Part shown: positions 8,007-17,738 of the stretch, piece by piece
Layout: each line of letters opens with the position of its first letter
How positions within the stretch are numbered: the first letter of the stretch is position 1
Source of the DNA: Candidatus Zhuqueibacterota bacterium
Lineage (GTDB): Bacteria > Zhuqueibacterota > Zhuqueibacteria > Residuimicrobiales > Oceaniaggregativiventaceae
Direction of reading: 5' to 3'
Length of the DNA: 64,000 nucleotides
Assembly: GCA_014728085.1 (NCBI GenBank)
Contig: WJMF01000055.1
Coordinates: 21,045 to 85,044 of the forward strand
Notes under the pieces: generated by a model
The model's input: only the letters and a program-made list of their open reading frames with translations
Databases searched by the model: none
What the model was told of the DNA's origin: nothing
Translations under genes and position numbers: made by a program

Positions 8007-10508
8007 CTATTTGATAAAAGTCATTTTTTTTGTCTCCTTAAAAGCTCCTGCCTCCAGGGTATACAGGTAGACACCGTTTGCCGCCATTTGCCGGCTTTGA
8101 TTCATGCCCGACCATCTTACAGCGTGCCGCCCGGCACTCATCTTTTGATCAATCAACGTGGTGACCAGCCGACCGTTGAGGTTATAAATTTTAAGGGTAA
8201 CCCGTTCAGCCCGGGGAATCGTAAAAGTTATTGTCGTTTGCGGATTAAAGGGATTGGGGAAATTGGGGTAGAGCTTGTATTCAGATGGCAGTTCCGTCTT
8301 TTCGGAAAATTGTACGGATGCGGGGATGATTCTGGCGAGACGGAGATCGTCGATATATATATTGCCGCTGAGGCTGTCTGATTGTTCTCCCCGCGTCAGC
8401 TGAAAACTATCCATGCGCAAGGTACCGTCAAGATTGCCATCACCAAGCCAGTCTCCGGTTCCATCGGTGGCCATGTTCCATGAAATCAATTTCCACCCCA
8501 GCCAATCAAGGGTATACCACGGGCTGACCTCATGATTCGTGGCGCCGGATACGGGAACTCTGTCATCAAGGGCAAAACGAAACTTGTGACCGCTGCCGTC
8601 ACCAAATATGTAGGCTTGCAGAACATCTTCACCGCTAAACTGTACATTTCGGGGAGCGCCACCGCCGAGGTATTCCCGAACAATCCATTCATCCGCATCC
8701 TTGTCCCATGAAAAATATAGATTCATAGATGTCCGGCTGTTCGTAACCAAATTGACGACAGTGGTAGCCGCTTCCCGTCCGGTTTTTTCGGTTACAAATC
8801 CGGTAGAGGTTCCGCTCTGCTGCGGCATCCACCAGTTGTTGATACCGGCTTCAAAATCATCGATTTCCTTGTAACTATATTCAGTTTCTCCGGTTGTAAA
8901 GCGAAATCCGCGTGTGGCCGTGGATATATTACCATGTATATCCTGCAAACCGGGCAACACCTGAACGAGATAAATGGTAGCCGGATCAAGCTGTTGGGAC
9001 GGAAAATAGCTCAGAACACCGAACCCCCCCACCGGATAATATACAACTTTTCCGGGGACCGGTTCACGATCGCGATAGGTGACATAATTGATCAGACTGT
9101 CTGCGACTGAAGATTCGAGCAGGGGTTCATCAAACACAAAAGAGACGATGGCACGTCGATCCACGCCTTCGGCATTTCGTTCAGGCAGATAAGATAAAAG
9201 AGAAGGGGGCTCCATGTCACGCGGACCGGTAGCGAAATTGAGAACAAAATCGTCGCCGCCAATGCCATCTCCGTTACCATCAAAAGCATGGCCGTAACGG
9301 TCCGTCACCGTACCGGGAATGGTAATGCTGTAAGCCGTGAGATACTGAAGCGTATCCGGCTTGATAACCAATTTTCTGTCATCCTCGATCCAGGTATAAT
9401 CGGCCGTAAAGTGTGGAGAATATCTCACAGAATCAACAAACAGTTGTTTGTCGAGCGGCCGACTGAATTCGATAACGAGTTTGTCCCATGCCGGCACCCG
9501 TTCAGCTCCCTCTTCAGGATCGGTGGAAACGACCATAGGGGCGCGTTGCGAGATGAGATCGACGTCGCGAAAGGTAAAAAAGTCATCTTTGATTTGTACC
9601 GAGAGGGTATCGCTGTAAAAGCTGTCCGCTTCAACAATCATTTGCAGCTCTGAATCCGGAAGCGCTTCGAAATAGTAAAATCCATTGTGCAACTCGTCCG
9701 GATCATTTGAATAGCGTTTGAAAACGGTTTCCCAGGTGTCCGTCACATAGGTTTTGCCGTTGAGATGAACGCGTGCTCCGTTGACCGGTACACCGGTATC
9801 TATATCGAGAATATAGCCGGCACAGGTGCCGAAAAAGGGTTTTTCCAGGTTATGAAATTCCAGAATCGACCAGTAAAATGTTTTTGCTTCCAATCGTTTC
9901 CACTCTGCATTCATAAATCGCTGCGCCTGTGCCGGATTGGTGTGAAATCCGGCTTCCGACAATTCCGAAGGCATGGTGCTGCGGCGGTTTACCGATAAAT
10001 AGGGTCCATTAAAAGTGCATCCATAGAATGAACAATCTCCGATTGAACCTCTAATGGTATAGGTCCGTAATCCGTCCGTGAGATATTTGATCATAATATC
10101 GCTCATCGCCTTGCCGCCGTTTGGTATCTTTTCCCGGCCATCGCGATATTGTCCCCATAGCAACAGCGTGCTGTTGGCGGAGGGCCCACCGGCATCACTG
10201 TGAATAGAGTGAAACCATGCAGCACCCAGTCTGTTGGCCATATCGGTCCGCTGTGTAAGGGTAACATATTGATTGTCATTGGTTCTGGAGAGGTAAACCG
10301 TATCAATATCCGTGGTGGAAAGGAGCAGATCGCGTAAATTCAAAGCGACGCGCACGTTGCGCTCAGCTTCCGAGACCCCAAAAACGCCCTGGTTTTCCTG
10401 GCGGCTGTGGCCCGGATCCAAAAAAATATTCCATCCCTGCAATCCGGTCACCTGGGCTTGCAAAGAAGCCGCCAGTGCGATGATAATCAAAAAAAGTATT
10501 CTTCTCAT
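8007..10508 (-). CDS. Secreted N-acetylmuramoyl-L-alanine amidase (Amidase_3) with Ig-like middle domains and a T9SS C-terminal sorting domain
   Basis: It has a signal peptide. The Amidase_3 motifs are present: LDPGHS, SRTND, ANRLGAAWFHSIHSDA, EAGFHTN. The C-terminus has a Por secretion-tail pattern (KLYPNFPNPFNPQTTITFTIP...VYLYTLEAG...K). Confidence 0.8.
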   Translation of the reverse strand: MRRILFLIIIALAASLQAQVTGLQGWNIFLDPGHSRQENQGVFGVSEAERNVRVALNLRDLLLSTTDIDTVYLSRTNDNQYVTLTQRTDMANRLGAAWFHSIHSDAGGPSANSTLLLWGQYRDGREKIPNGGKAMSDIMIKYLTDGLRTYTIRGSIGDCSFYGCTFNGPYLSVNRRSTMPSELSEAGFHTNPAQAQRFMNAEWKRLEAKTFYWSILEFHNLEKPFFGTCAGYILDIDTGVPVNGARVHLNGKTYVTDTWETVFKRYSNDPDELHNGFYYFEALPDSELQMIVEADSFYSDTLSVQIKDDFFTFRDVDLISQRAPMVVSTDPEEGAERVPAWDKLVIEFSRPLDKQLFVDSVRYSPHFTADYTWIEDDRKLVIKPDTLQYLTAYSITIPGTVTDRYGHAFDGNGDGIGGDDFVLNFATGPRDMEPPSLLSYLPERNAEGVDRRAIVSFVFDEPLLESSVADSLINYVTYRDREPVPGKVVYYPVGGFGVLSYFPSQQLDPATIYLVQVLPGLQDIHGNISTATRGFRFTTGETEYSYKEIDDFEAGINNWWMPQQSGTSTGFVTEKTGREAATTVVNLVTNSRTSMNLYFSWDKDADEWIVREYLGGGAPRNVQFSGEDVLQAYIFGDGSGHKFRFALDDRVPVSGATNHEVSPWYTLDWLGWKLISWNMATDGTGDWLGDGNLDGTLRMDSFQLTRGEQSDSLSGNIYIDDLRLARIIPASVQFSEKTELPSEYKLYPNFPNPFNPQTTITFTIPRAERVTLKIYNLNGRLVTTLIDQKMSAGRHAVRWSGMNQSRQMAANGVYLYTLEAGAFKETKKMTFIK

Positions 10509-10567
10509 TTATATGATCTCCTGTTTACCATTTAATTCAATCATAAACGAATTACTCATTTCAACTT

Positions 10568-11512
10568 CTAGTCTAAAGTGAAATCGATTTTCACGGTAAA
10601 GAGCTTGCCGCTCTTGTAATCATCATAGACGATTCTGCTGCCATCCGGCGACCAGCGGGGATTCATTTCATAACGCTCCTCCGTATCGGTCAACCGGGTG
10701 ATCTCCGATCCATCAGCGCCGGCAACATAGAGATCAGACGAGGTAATTCGGTGACCATCGTCTTTGCTAATCATATAAACGATATAGTTCCCATTCGGAG
10801 ACCAATGCGGATGATAACCCGGTCCCAGATCGATTCTGCTGGATCCGTCTTTGTCCATGATGATCAGGTTGCCGCCATAAACTTCACAGGCGATACGCTC
10901 ACCGTCAGGAGAAAGTGCCGGATTCAGGTATCGCTCATCGTTTTGTTCACCAATCCAATTCATCTCCCCGGTCACGAGGTTGCTGATTGCAATCCGGTCA
11001 TCCGCTAAAAAAACCAGCGAGGTATCGGCAATGCGCTTTTTTAAATTTTGCACGCCGGTATCGTATCGATGCAGCTTGTTGTTCATATAGAGATAAACGT
11101 GGCCATTGGCGAACTGAGGTGTGGCGGGCATAAACGTTGTATAATCCGTCAGCAGTTTGCTGCCTGTCCCTTCCGTGTCGAAAAGTTTAATGGCATTATA
11201 TCTGCGAACGCCTTCGTATTTGGACACCCGGCTGCAAATGTACCTGGAATCTGAGGACCACTCAAAACCATATCCTGCAGAGAGTTCATCGCTGAGCTGA
11301 TTCGTGCGGCCACTCGCCATATCCAGGATCCATAATCCTTTATAATTCGCAGCGGTATAAGCGATTTTACGCCCATTCGGAGACCATTTCGGATTCATAA
11401 AGAACCCGGCTTGCGCTTCTATCAGTTGCCTCGGATTGTTGACCGGTTCAACTTTGGCCAGGGCAAAAAGGAGCGGTAAGAGCAAAAAAATGAGACCTAA
11501 ACTTTTTTTCAT
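10568..11512 (-). CDS. TolB-like PD40 beta-propeller periplasmic protein
   Basis: It has a signal peptide and repeated WSPDG/WSPNG (PD40) motifs, for example PRWSPDGSRIVY and PHWSPNGNYIVY. Confidence 0.7.
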   Translation of the reverse strand: MKKSLGLIFLLLPLLFALAKVEPVNNPRQLIEAQAGFFMNPKWSPNGRKIAYTAANYKGLWILDMASGRTNQLSDELSAGYGFEWSSDSRYICSRVSKYEGVRRYNAIKLFDTEGTGSKLLTDYTTFMPATPQFANGHVYLYMNNKLHRYDTGVQNLKKRIADTSLVFLADDRIAISNLVTGEMNWIGEQNDERYLNPALSPDGERIACEVYGGNLIIMDKDGSSRIDLGPGYHPHWSPNGNYIVYMISKDDGHRITSSDLYVAGADGSEITRLTDTEERYEMNPRWSPDGSRIVYDDYKSGKLFTVKIDFTLD

Positions 11513-11709
11513 AATTCACCTCGATCAATAGGTTTGTTATGCTATCTTTAGTATGTTAGTTAAGTGTCTTTATAAATATAACAGGATAACCAACCTAATC
11601 ATTTTTCCTACCAAAACAAACCTTTTTTTTAAACCATTAGGTCTATAAAAAGTTCTTGCGTATCACTGCAGGATTCATTATTATTTTTGCAACCAAAGAT
11701 GAAAACGAT

Positions 11710-12696
11710 ATGAAACAAAAAAGTCTTGAAAAGGCAATCATTGCCATCCGGAAACAACACATTTTAGTGTTGGGAGATCTGATGCTGGACAAATTTATCT
11801 ATGGAAACGTTCAGCGCATATCCCCCGAGGCTCCGGTTCCTGTGGTTCAGGTCACATCGGAACAGGCCTATCCCGGTGGCGCAGCAAATGTCGCCCGTAA
11901 TCTCTCCGATTTCAGCGCACGTGTTACCGTAAGCGGAATTTTAGGCAACGATAACAATGGTGCGATAGTAAAAGAAAAACTCCATCAGAGTAATATTTCC
12001 ACAAGCTGTATACTGGAATTACCAGATTTTTCCACCATTGTTAAAACCCGCATTATTGCCCGCCACCAGCAGGTCGTTCGTGTGGACCGGGAACAAAGAC
12101 GCTCGCTGACACGGTTCGAAAAATACCAGTTACTGCCGTTAATCAGATCCATCCTTCCGGATCTTTCCGCCATTATCATTGAGGATTACGGCAAGGGCTT
12201 TATTTCGCAATCATTGATTAATAGCATTGTTGACCTGGCGGGGCAATACCGGATTCTGATCTCGGTAGACCCCAATCCGCAAAACCCGTTAAAATGGCAG
12301 GGCGTAGACATTGTCAAACCCAATCGCAACGAAGCCTTTGCGGCCCTGGGGCGCCCGTATTCCGAGACACACGAAGATCTGATCAAAGCCGGCCAGGAAT
12401 TACTGGACAGATGGAAAATATCTCATCTTTTAATCACTCTGGGAGAAGAGGGCATGGCGCTTTTTCGTCCGGGCACCGATCCATATTTTTCTCCGACCCG
12501 GGCGCAGGAGGTCTTTGATGTCTCCGGTGCGGGCGATACGGTTATAGCGTTCTTTACCGCTGCCATGGCTGCGGGTATTGCAGCGGAACAATCCGCAGAA
12601 ATCGCAAACCATGCAGCAGGCGTTGTGGTGGGAAAACTCGGAACAGCAACACTGTCGGCTGATGAACTAAAAAAGAGTTTTGAAGACCATGAATAA
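11710..12696 (+). CDS. hldA: D-glycero-beta-D-manno-heptose-7-phosphate kinase (PfkB/RfaE domain I; monofunctional HldA-type)
   Basis: The product is a PfkB-family carbohydrate kinase (VLGDLMLDKF, GGAANVA, DVSGAGDT). I used the internal ATG at 11710 rather than 11656. The gene overlaps the start of gmhB. Confidence 0.8.
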   Translation: MKQKSLEKAIIAIRKQHILVLGDLMLDKFIYGNVQRISPEAPVPVVQVTSEQAYPGGAANVARNLSDFSARVTVSGILGNDNNGAIVKEKLHQSNISTSCILELPDFSTIVKTRIIARHQQVVRVDREQRRSLTRFEKYQLLPLIRSILPDLSAIIIEDYGKGFISQSLINSIVDLAGQYRILISVDPNPQNPLKWQGVDIVKPNRNEAFAALGRPYSETHEDLIKAGQELLDRWKISHLLITLGEEGMALFRPGTDPYFSPTRAQEVFDVSGAGDTVIAFFTAAMAAGIAAEQSAEIANHAAGVVVGKLGTATLSADELKKSFEDHE

Positions 12697-13228
12697 AGCT
12701 GTTTTTTTTGATCGCGACGATACACTCATTAAAAACATTCCCTATCTGGGAGATCCGTCCAACGTCACTCTCCTTCCCGGCGCACCTGCGGCTGTGAGCC
12801 AATTAAAAAAAGCCGGATTCCTGCTCGTTATGATCACCAATCAATCCGGTGTCGGCAGAGGGCTCATCAGCCCTGAGCAGGTGAAAGCGGTTAACGATGA
12901 AGTGATGCGCAAAATTGGAATAGAGTTCGATGCTGTTTATATGTGCTTTGATCATCCCGATACCCCCAAAGAAAATTGCCGCAAGCCCTCCCCGAAAATG
13001 ATTCTGCAGGCACAAAAAGAGCTGCACATCGACCCGTCTGCATCATTTTTTATCGGTGATACCTACCATGACATAGTGGCCGGCAACAGGGCCGGCTGCA
13101 GGACCATATTGCTCGAACACGCACACAAAAAAACCGAAAGCCGTAAAGCCGAACCTCTGGCAAATCTAATCTCGGACGACCTGGCAAAAATTACCGACTG
13201 GATTCTGTCACAAAACAGAAAAACTTGA
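12680..13228 (+). CDS. gmhB: D-glycero-D-manno-heptose-1,7-bisphosphate phosphatase (GmhB, HAD family)
   Basis: The HAD motif I FFDRDDT is present, with downstream HAD motifs (ITNQSG, the FIGDTYHD region). The 17-bp overlap with the heptose kinase supports cotranscription. Confidence 0.8.
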   Translation: MKTMNKAVFFDRDDTLIKNIPYLGDPSNVTLLPGAPAAVSQLKKAGFLLVMITNQSGVGRGLISPEQVKAVNDEVMRKIGIEFDAVYMCFDHPDTPKENCRKPSPKMILQAQKELHIDPSASFFIGDTYHDIVAGNRAGCRTILLEHAHKKTESRKAEPLANLISDDLAKITDWILSQNRKT

Positions 13229-13354
13229 TTATTATTGAGAAAATGTGTATAGTAAGATTATAACCTTGACCATACAGGGAAATAAAAAACCCCATAAAGT
13301 TTTAAATGATTTCCTGACTCCAAGCGCGGATATTTATAAATGAGAGGATAGCCC

Positions 13355-13726
13355 ATGCAACGCAATTCAGTGTTTAAATGCCAGGTTTGTGGAAACATGG
13401 TGGAAATGGTTCATGTCGGCGGCGGCACGCTGGTGTGCTGCGGACAACCCATGACGCTTTTGAATGAAAACACAGAAGACGCCGCAACAGAAAAACATGT
13501 ACCTGTTATTGAACAAGATGGTGACAAAGTGACCGTCAGTGTCGGCAGTGTCCTTCATCCCATGGAGGAAAAACACTTTATTCAGTGGATCGAAGTGATT
13601 ACAACCGATAAGGTATACCGCCGTCATCTCAAACCGGAAGACAAACCGGTTGTACAATTCATCATTGAAGGAGAGGTCGTAAAAGCGCGGGAATATTGCA
13701 ATCTTCACGGCCTCTGGTCTGCATAA
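13355..13726 (+). CDS. dfx: Desulfoferrodoxin (2Fe superoxide reductase)
   Basis: The N-terminus is desulforedoxin-like (CQVCGN...CCGQPM). The neelaredoxin centre II motifs EKHVPVIE and a C-terminal Cys/His are present. Length is 123 aa. Confidence 0.9.
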   Translation: MQRNSVFKCQVCGNMVEMVHVGGGTLVCCGQPMTLLNENTEDAATEKHVPVIEQDGDKVTVSVGSVLHPMEEKHFIQWIEVITTDKVYRRHLKPEDKPVVQFIIEGEVVKAREYCNLHGLWSA

Positions 13727-13752
13727 TCGACATATGCCTGAACCGTCCAGCC

Positions 13753-13810
13753 GGCTCCGGGTATAGAGGGAGATAAATTACCGCTGTTCTCTCTGCCGGG
13801 GAGCCGTTTT
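13753..13810 (+). terminator. Possible long-loop terminator hairpin downstream of dfx
   Basis: GGCTCCGG...CCGGGGAGCC is an inverted repeat followed by GTTTTGCC. The loop is about 35 nt, so I hold this with low confidence. Confidence 0.35.
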
Positions 13811-13881
13811 GCCAGGTGAATGGCGCAAGCGTCTACAGGATAACCCGTGGCTGTCATGTTAACTAAAATCCAGAGGATAAA

Positions 13882-15222
13882 ATGCGAGCTTTGTTCATCT
13901 TATCATTGATCATCAGTGCAGCTTGTCTTTACGCTCAGGAACTGCCGTCCGGCAGTTCTCTTTTGGGGGCATATGCTTACGATCAGTTTGAAAAACCGGA
14001 AGCGTGCCAGAGCTGTCATGTTGATATCTACATGCAATGGCGACAGGCGATGATGTCGCAAGCTTACACACATCACTGGGATGAAATCGAATATTTCGAC
14101 CTGGCAGTGGCTCATGCCGAAAAGAAACCCGAGCTAAAGGAAGCTGTCGATGGCTGTAATGGTTGTCATACGCCCATGGCCTATATGGCCGGAGATGTCA
14201 CGCCACCGCGGCCGGAAGAAAACAGTCGTGCCAATGAGAGCGTTAATTGCGATGTCTGTCATACCATCAAGGGGTACACGGGTGAACCGCCTTATAATTA
14301 CAGCTTTATAGCATCACCCGGCCGGGTGAAATACGGCGCCAAGGAAGGGCAGGAATCTCCACATCACGACACCCAATACCTCGAATTGTATGAAAAGGCG
14401 GAATTTTGCGCCAACTGCCACAACGAAAAAAGTCCCTTCGGCGTCTGGGTAAAATCGACTCACCTGGAATGGGAAGAGGGGCCCTATTCGGAACAAGGGG
14501 TTCCCTGCCAGCAATGTCACATGCCGAAAGCAAAAGGCAGAAGTGCCAAAATGGCAAAAGAAGGCATGGTGGCCCAGCACCTCTTTCACGGTGCCCATGT
14601 ACCCAGTAAAGTAGCCGGGTCCATAGAGATGAAAATACATCCTCGCGAACGCGAGCTTCCCTGGGACGGGGCGGCAATCCTCAAAGTGCAGCTCTTTAAC
14701 GGCAAAGCCGGTCACAAAATCCCAACCGGCTCGGTCGAAGACCGCATCATGTGGTTGCATGTAACCGCAACCGATTCAAAAGGCAACACCTATCATCTGC
14801 CGGTGGACAAAAAGGGTTTTGAAGGTGAACAATACACCATAGCCGCAGATGTTCTCGCCTATCAGGATATGGGTGTACCCAAAGGTATTGATAATTTTAA
14901 GGGAGTACAGAGAGACGGTGTGCCTGTTGGGGACAGAATCTTTCGTATGCCCTATTTTGATCCTCAGGGCCGGATGACCATTATGCAATGGAACACCAAA
15001 ACCCTGGGCGTTGATTACAGAATCGGACCACGGGAAACCAAAATAGAAACCTTTACCTGGATGCTGCCGAAAGATATTCCTCTCGGCAAAGTCACGTTCA
15101 GGGCCGAATTAAACTACCAAAAGCTGGTCAAACCCGTCGCTGATTTTCTCGGTGTCCCTGAGGATGAAAGCGAGATCATGCCGATCAGCTATGCCACCAC
15201 CTGGATAACTGTATACAATTAA
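13882..15222 (+). CDS. Secreted pentaheme c-type cytochrome
   Basis: It has a signal peptide and five CxxCH motifs (CQSCH, CNGCH, CDVCH, CANCH, CQQCH), all within the first ~215 aa. The C-terminal ~230 aa are heme-free. An AGAGGA RBS precedes the start. Confidence 0.85.
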   Translation: MRALFILSLIISAACLYAQELPSGSSLLGAYAYDQFEKPEACQSCHVDIYMQWRQAMMSQAYTHHWDEIEYFDLAVAHAEKKPELKEAVDGCNGCHTPMAYMAGDVTPPRPEENSRANESVNCDVCHTIKGYTGEPPYNYSFIASPGRVKYGAKEGQESPHHDTQYLELYEKAEFCANCHNEKSPFGVWVKSTHLEWEEGPYSEQGVPCQQCHMPKAKGRSAKMAKEGMVAQHLFHGAHVPSKVAGSIEMKIHPRERELPWDGAAILKVQLFNGKAGHKIPTGSVEDRIMWLHVTATDSKGNTYHLPVDKKGFEGEQYTIAADVLAYQDMGVPKGIDNFKGVQRDGVPVGDRIFRMPYFDPQGRMTIMQWNTKTLGVDYRIGPRETKIETFTWMLPKDIPLGKVTFRAELNYQKLVKPVADFLGVPEDESEIMPISYATTWITVYN

Positions 15223-15238
15223 TCAATGAGGACATGAT

Positions 15239-16447
15239 ATGTATTTCAAAAAAAATATGATTTTTTTGATCTGCACCCTGTTTGTGTGGATCACTCTAGC
15301 CTCCACCGCATCGGCGATTCCCGCCTTTGCAAGGCGTTACAAACTTTCCTGCTCCACTTGTCATATGCCCTTTCCCAGGCTTAAAGACTTTGGCGATGAT
15401 TATGCCGGAAACGGTTTTATTCTCGAAGAGGAGGAAAGTGAAAGAGACTATGTCAGCGCCGGAGACGATATTCTCTGGTTGCAGCGCGATTTCCCGGTTG
15501 CCGTTCGTTTTGATGCCTATGCCCTATATGACGAGGACAAAGCGGTAGAAAACGACCTGCAAAGCCCCTGGGGATTGAAATTAATGAGCGGCGGGGCCGT
15601 CTTTAAAAATGTCGGCTATTATTTCTATTTTTACATGTCCGAGCGGGGTGAAGTCGCGGGAATCGAGGATGCTTATATCCACTTTAATAACCTTTTCGAC
15701 TCCAGTCTGGATATCATGGTCGGACAATTCCAGACGTCTGACCCCCTGATGAAACGGGAATTGCGTTTGACATTCGAAGACTATAACATTTACAAGACCA
15801 AAATCGCCGGCTCCAATACCGATCTCGCCTATGACCGCGGTGTGATGGTGGTCTATGGTATCGAGCAAACCTCAACCGATATTGTCGGTATGGTGGTAAA
15901 TGGCAATGGCAAAGCCGAAGCCGGTGCCGACAAGAGTTTTGACCAGGACAAGTACAAAAACATCGGCCTCAGGGTAAGCCAGGCCGTCGGCGATCTGTTC
16001 AGCATCGGAGGATTCTATTACCAGGGTAAAGAAACATTGCAGGGCAGCCGAATGATCGATGGCGAAACGGAAATCAACTTTAGCTATGACAATGAATTGA
16101 GCTATTGGGGCCCGGATATCAATATCGGGGTCGGCCCGATCGATATTACCGGCCAGTACTTGCTGAGAAAGGATACGCATAAATTCAGCGACCGCGCCGA
16201 TGAAGAGATCGAAACCTCGGGTATTGTGCTGGAAGCCATTTTTGCTCCCCATCTCGACCGTTCCCGTTATTATTTTACAGCGCTGTATAATAATATAGAT
16301 TCGGATTGGGATGTCTATGATTATGAAACGGCAACCCTGAGCGCCACCTATCTGTTTGCGAGAAACATCCGGTTTATACTCGAATACAGCCGTGACCTGC
16401 AATATGACAGCAATCGTTTTCTCTTTGGGATGGTTAGCGGATTCTAA
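15239..16447 (+). CDS. Cyc2-like fused monoheme cytochrome c / outer-membrane beta-barrel porin
   Basis: After the signal peptide (…TASA|IPAF) there is a single CSTCH heme motif about 12 residues past the cleavage site. The remaining ~350 aa show an alternating amphipathic beta-strand pattern. The C-terminal residue is Phe (…GMVSGF), the classic OMP signature. The gene starts 16 bp after the pentaheme cytochrome stop. Confidence 0.7.
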   Translation: MYFKKNMIFLICTLFVWITLASTASAIPAFARRYKLSCSTCHMPFPRLKDFGDDYAGNGFILEEEESERDYVSAGDDILWLQRDFPVAVRFDAYALYDEDKAVENDLQSPWGLKLMSGGAVFKNVGYYFYFYMSERGEVAGIEDAYIHFNNLFDSSLDIMVGQFQTSDPLMKRELRLTFEDYNIYKTKIAGSNTDLAYDRGVMVVYGIEQTSTDIVGMVVNGNGKAEAGADKSFDQDKYKNIGLRVSQAVGDLFSIGGFYYQGKETLQGSRMIDGETEINFSYDNELSYWGPDINIGVGPIDITGQYLLRKDTHKFSDRADEEIETSGIVLEAIFAPHLDRSRYYFTALYNNIDSDWDVYDYETATLSATYLFARNIRFILEYSRDLQYDSNRFLFGMVSGF

Positions 16448-16494
16448 AACAGACGATCCGGTTAAGGGTCGTTTAAATCGTAAACGGATCAGGT

Positions 16495-17058
16495 ATGAAA
16501 TCAGATGTGCGCTGTCCATATTCATCGCTATTGGAGCTGTTACACTATAGAAAGAGCAGTCGAAATTTTTCGACCAAAAGACTCGAGCCCGAGACCATAG
16601 AACGTATCAAAAAGGCGACTCAGCTCTCTGCCTCCTGTTTCAACAATCAGCCCTGGCGCTTTTTGTTTCTGTACGAGGAAAAAGCGCTGGAAAAAGGCCG
16701 CCAGGCTTTAAAAGAGGGCAACAGCTGGGCCGAAAAAGCACCGTTGCTGGTGGTTGGCTTTTCCAGAGCCGATTCCGATTGCCAGACCCGGGATGGGAGA
16801 GATTATTATCTCTTTGATCTCGGCCTGGCCAGCCAGCTTATTATGTTACAAGCAACCGAGCTTAACCTGAGCGCCCGCCCCATGGCGGGATTTTATCCCC
16901 AAAAGATCAAAACATTGTTCAACATAGATGACGAATACACCGTTATGGTAATGATCGCTATCGGCTATGATGCCGATGAAACATCAGATGGCGACAAACC
17001 CGAACGGAAACGTAATCCACTGCATGAAAATTTTTTTGACAACCGTTTTCAAGATTGA
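16495..17058 (+). CDS. Nitroreductase family protein (FMN-dependent NAD(P)H oxidoreductase)
   Basis: The YRKSSRNF motif (the R-R/K-S-x-R-x-F nitroreductase signature) is present. Size and remaining sequence are consistent with the family. Confidence 0.75.
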   Translation: MKSDVRCPYSSLLELLHYRKSSRNFSTKRLEPETIERIKKATQLSASCFNNQPWRFLFLYEEKALEKGRQALKEGNSWAEKAPLLVVGFSRADSDCQTRDGRDYYLFDLGLASQLIMLQATELNLSARPMAGFYPQKIKTLFNIDDEYTVMVMIAIGYDADETSDGDKPERKRNPLHENFFDNRFQD

Positions 17059-17738
17059 TGAAGAAAGGTGCTTCGATGAAGTTCAAATACATATTTTATC
17101 CGCTGCTTTTTATTGTTGCGCTTTTGGTAATCACGTTTTGCTCCGAACAAGCGGATCAAAACACAACTCTGAATTTATTGAAACCAGAGCCTCATGGTGC
17201 TTTCACTTTAAAAAACTGGTCACACCATGGTTCCGGTAAATTCTATCTGAATGACAGCTCAGGCGTGCTGAAATCACACGACGGCATGGGATTACTCTAC
17301 TATAGCGAACAAAAATTCAACGATTTTATCCTTGAACTCGATTATAAAACCGACCATATTAAAGCCAATTCAGGCGTTTTTGTACGGGTTCCCGAATTGG
17401 ACAGCACCAATAATTATATCCATAAAAGCTTTGAGATACAAATTTATGATGCAGGGGAAGGCAAAAATACTACCGGAGCGATTTACGATGCCCATGCTCC
17501 CGCCACGACTCCGTTTAAAACGCCCGGTGAATGGAATCATCTGAAAATCACCTGCATAGAGGATTCCATGGCCGTTGAATTGAACAACACCCTCGTCAAC
17601 ACATGGAAAATCTCGACTCCTGTGGGCAAAATCAAAACCTGGCAGCCATCCGGTTATGTCGGTTTGCAGAATCACGATGAGGATACACACGTTGATTTCC
17701 GAGACATTGAACTGACGATGCTTGAGCGGGAAAACTAG
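17055..17738 (+). CDS. DUF1080 (3-keto-disaccharide hydrolase-like, concanavalin-type jelly roll) lipoprotein
   Basis: The product has a lipobox (LVITFC|SEQ). It matches the DUF1080 pattern: GW-motif region, NSGVFVR, FEIQIYD, GYVGLQNH. Confidence 0.7.
   Translation: MMKKGASMKFKYIFYPLLFIVALLVITFCSEQADQNTTLNLLKPEPHGAFTLKNWSHHGSGKFYLNDSSGVLKSHDGMGLLYYSEQKFNDFILELDYKTDHIKANSGVFVRVPELDSTNNYIHKSFEIQIYDAGEGKNTTGAIYDAHAPATTPFKTPGEWNHLKITCIEDSMAVELNNTLVNTWKISTPVGKIKTWQPSGYVGLQNHDEDTHVDFRDIELTMLEREN

Noticed and set aside
16456-16485. Hairpin ACGAUCC-GGUUAA-GGGUCGU between the Cyc2-like gene and the nitroreductase gene
   Set aside because: The stem is short, relies on a G-U pair, and is followed by a weak U-tract (UUUAAAU). 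I did not find it convincing as a terminator.
15872-16525. 217-aa ORF antisense to the Cyc2-like gene
   Set aside because: The forward-strand gene has a signal peptide, a heme motif, an OMP C-terminus and operon coupling. The antisense ORF has none of these.
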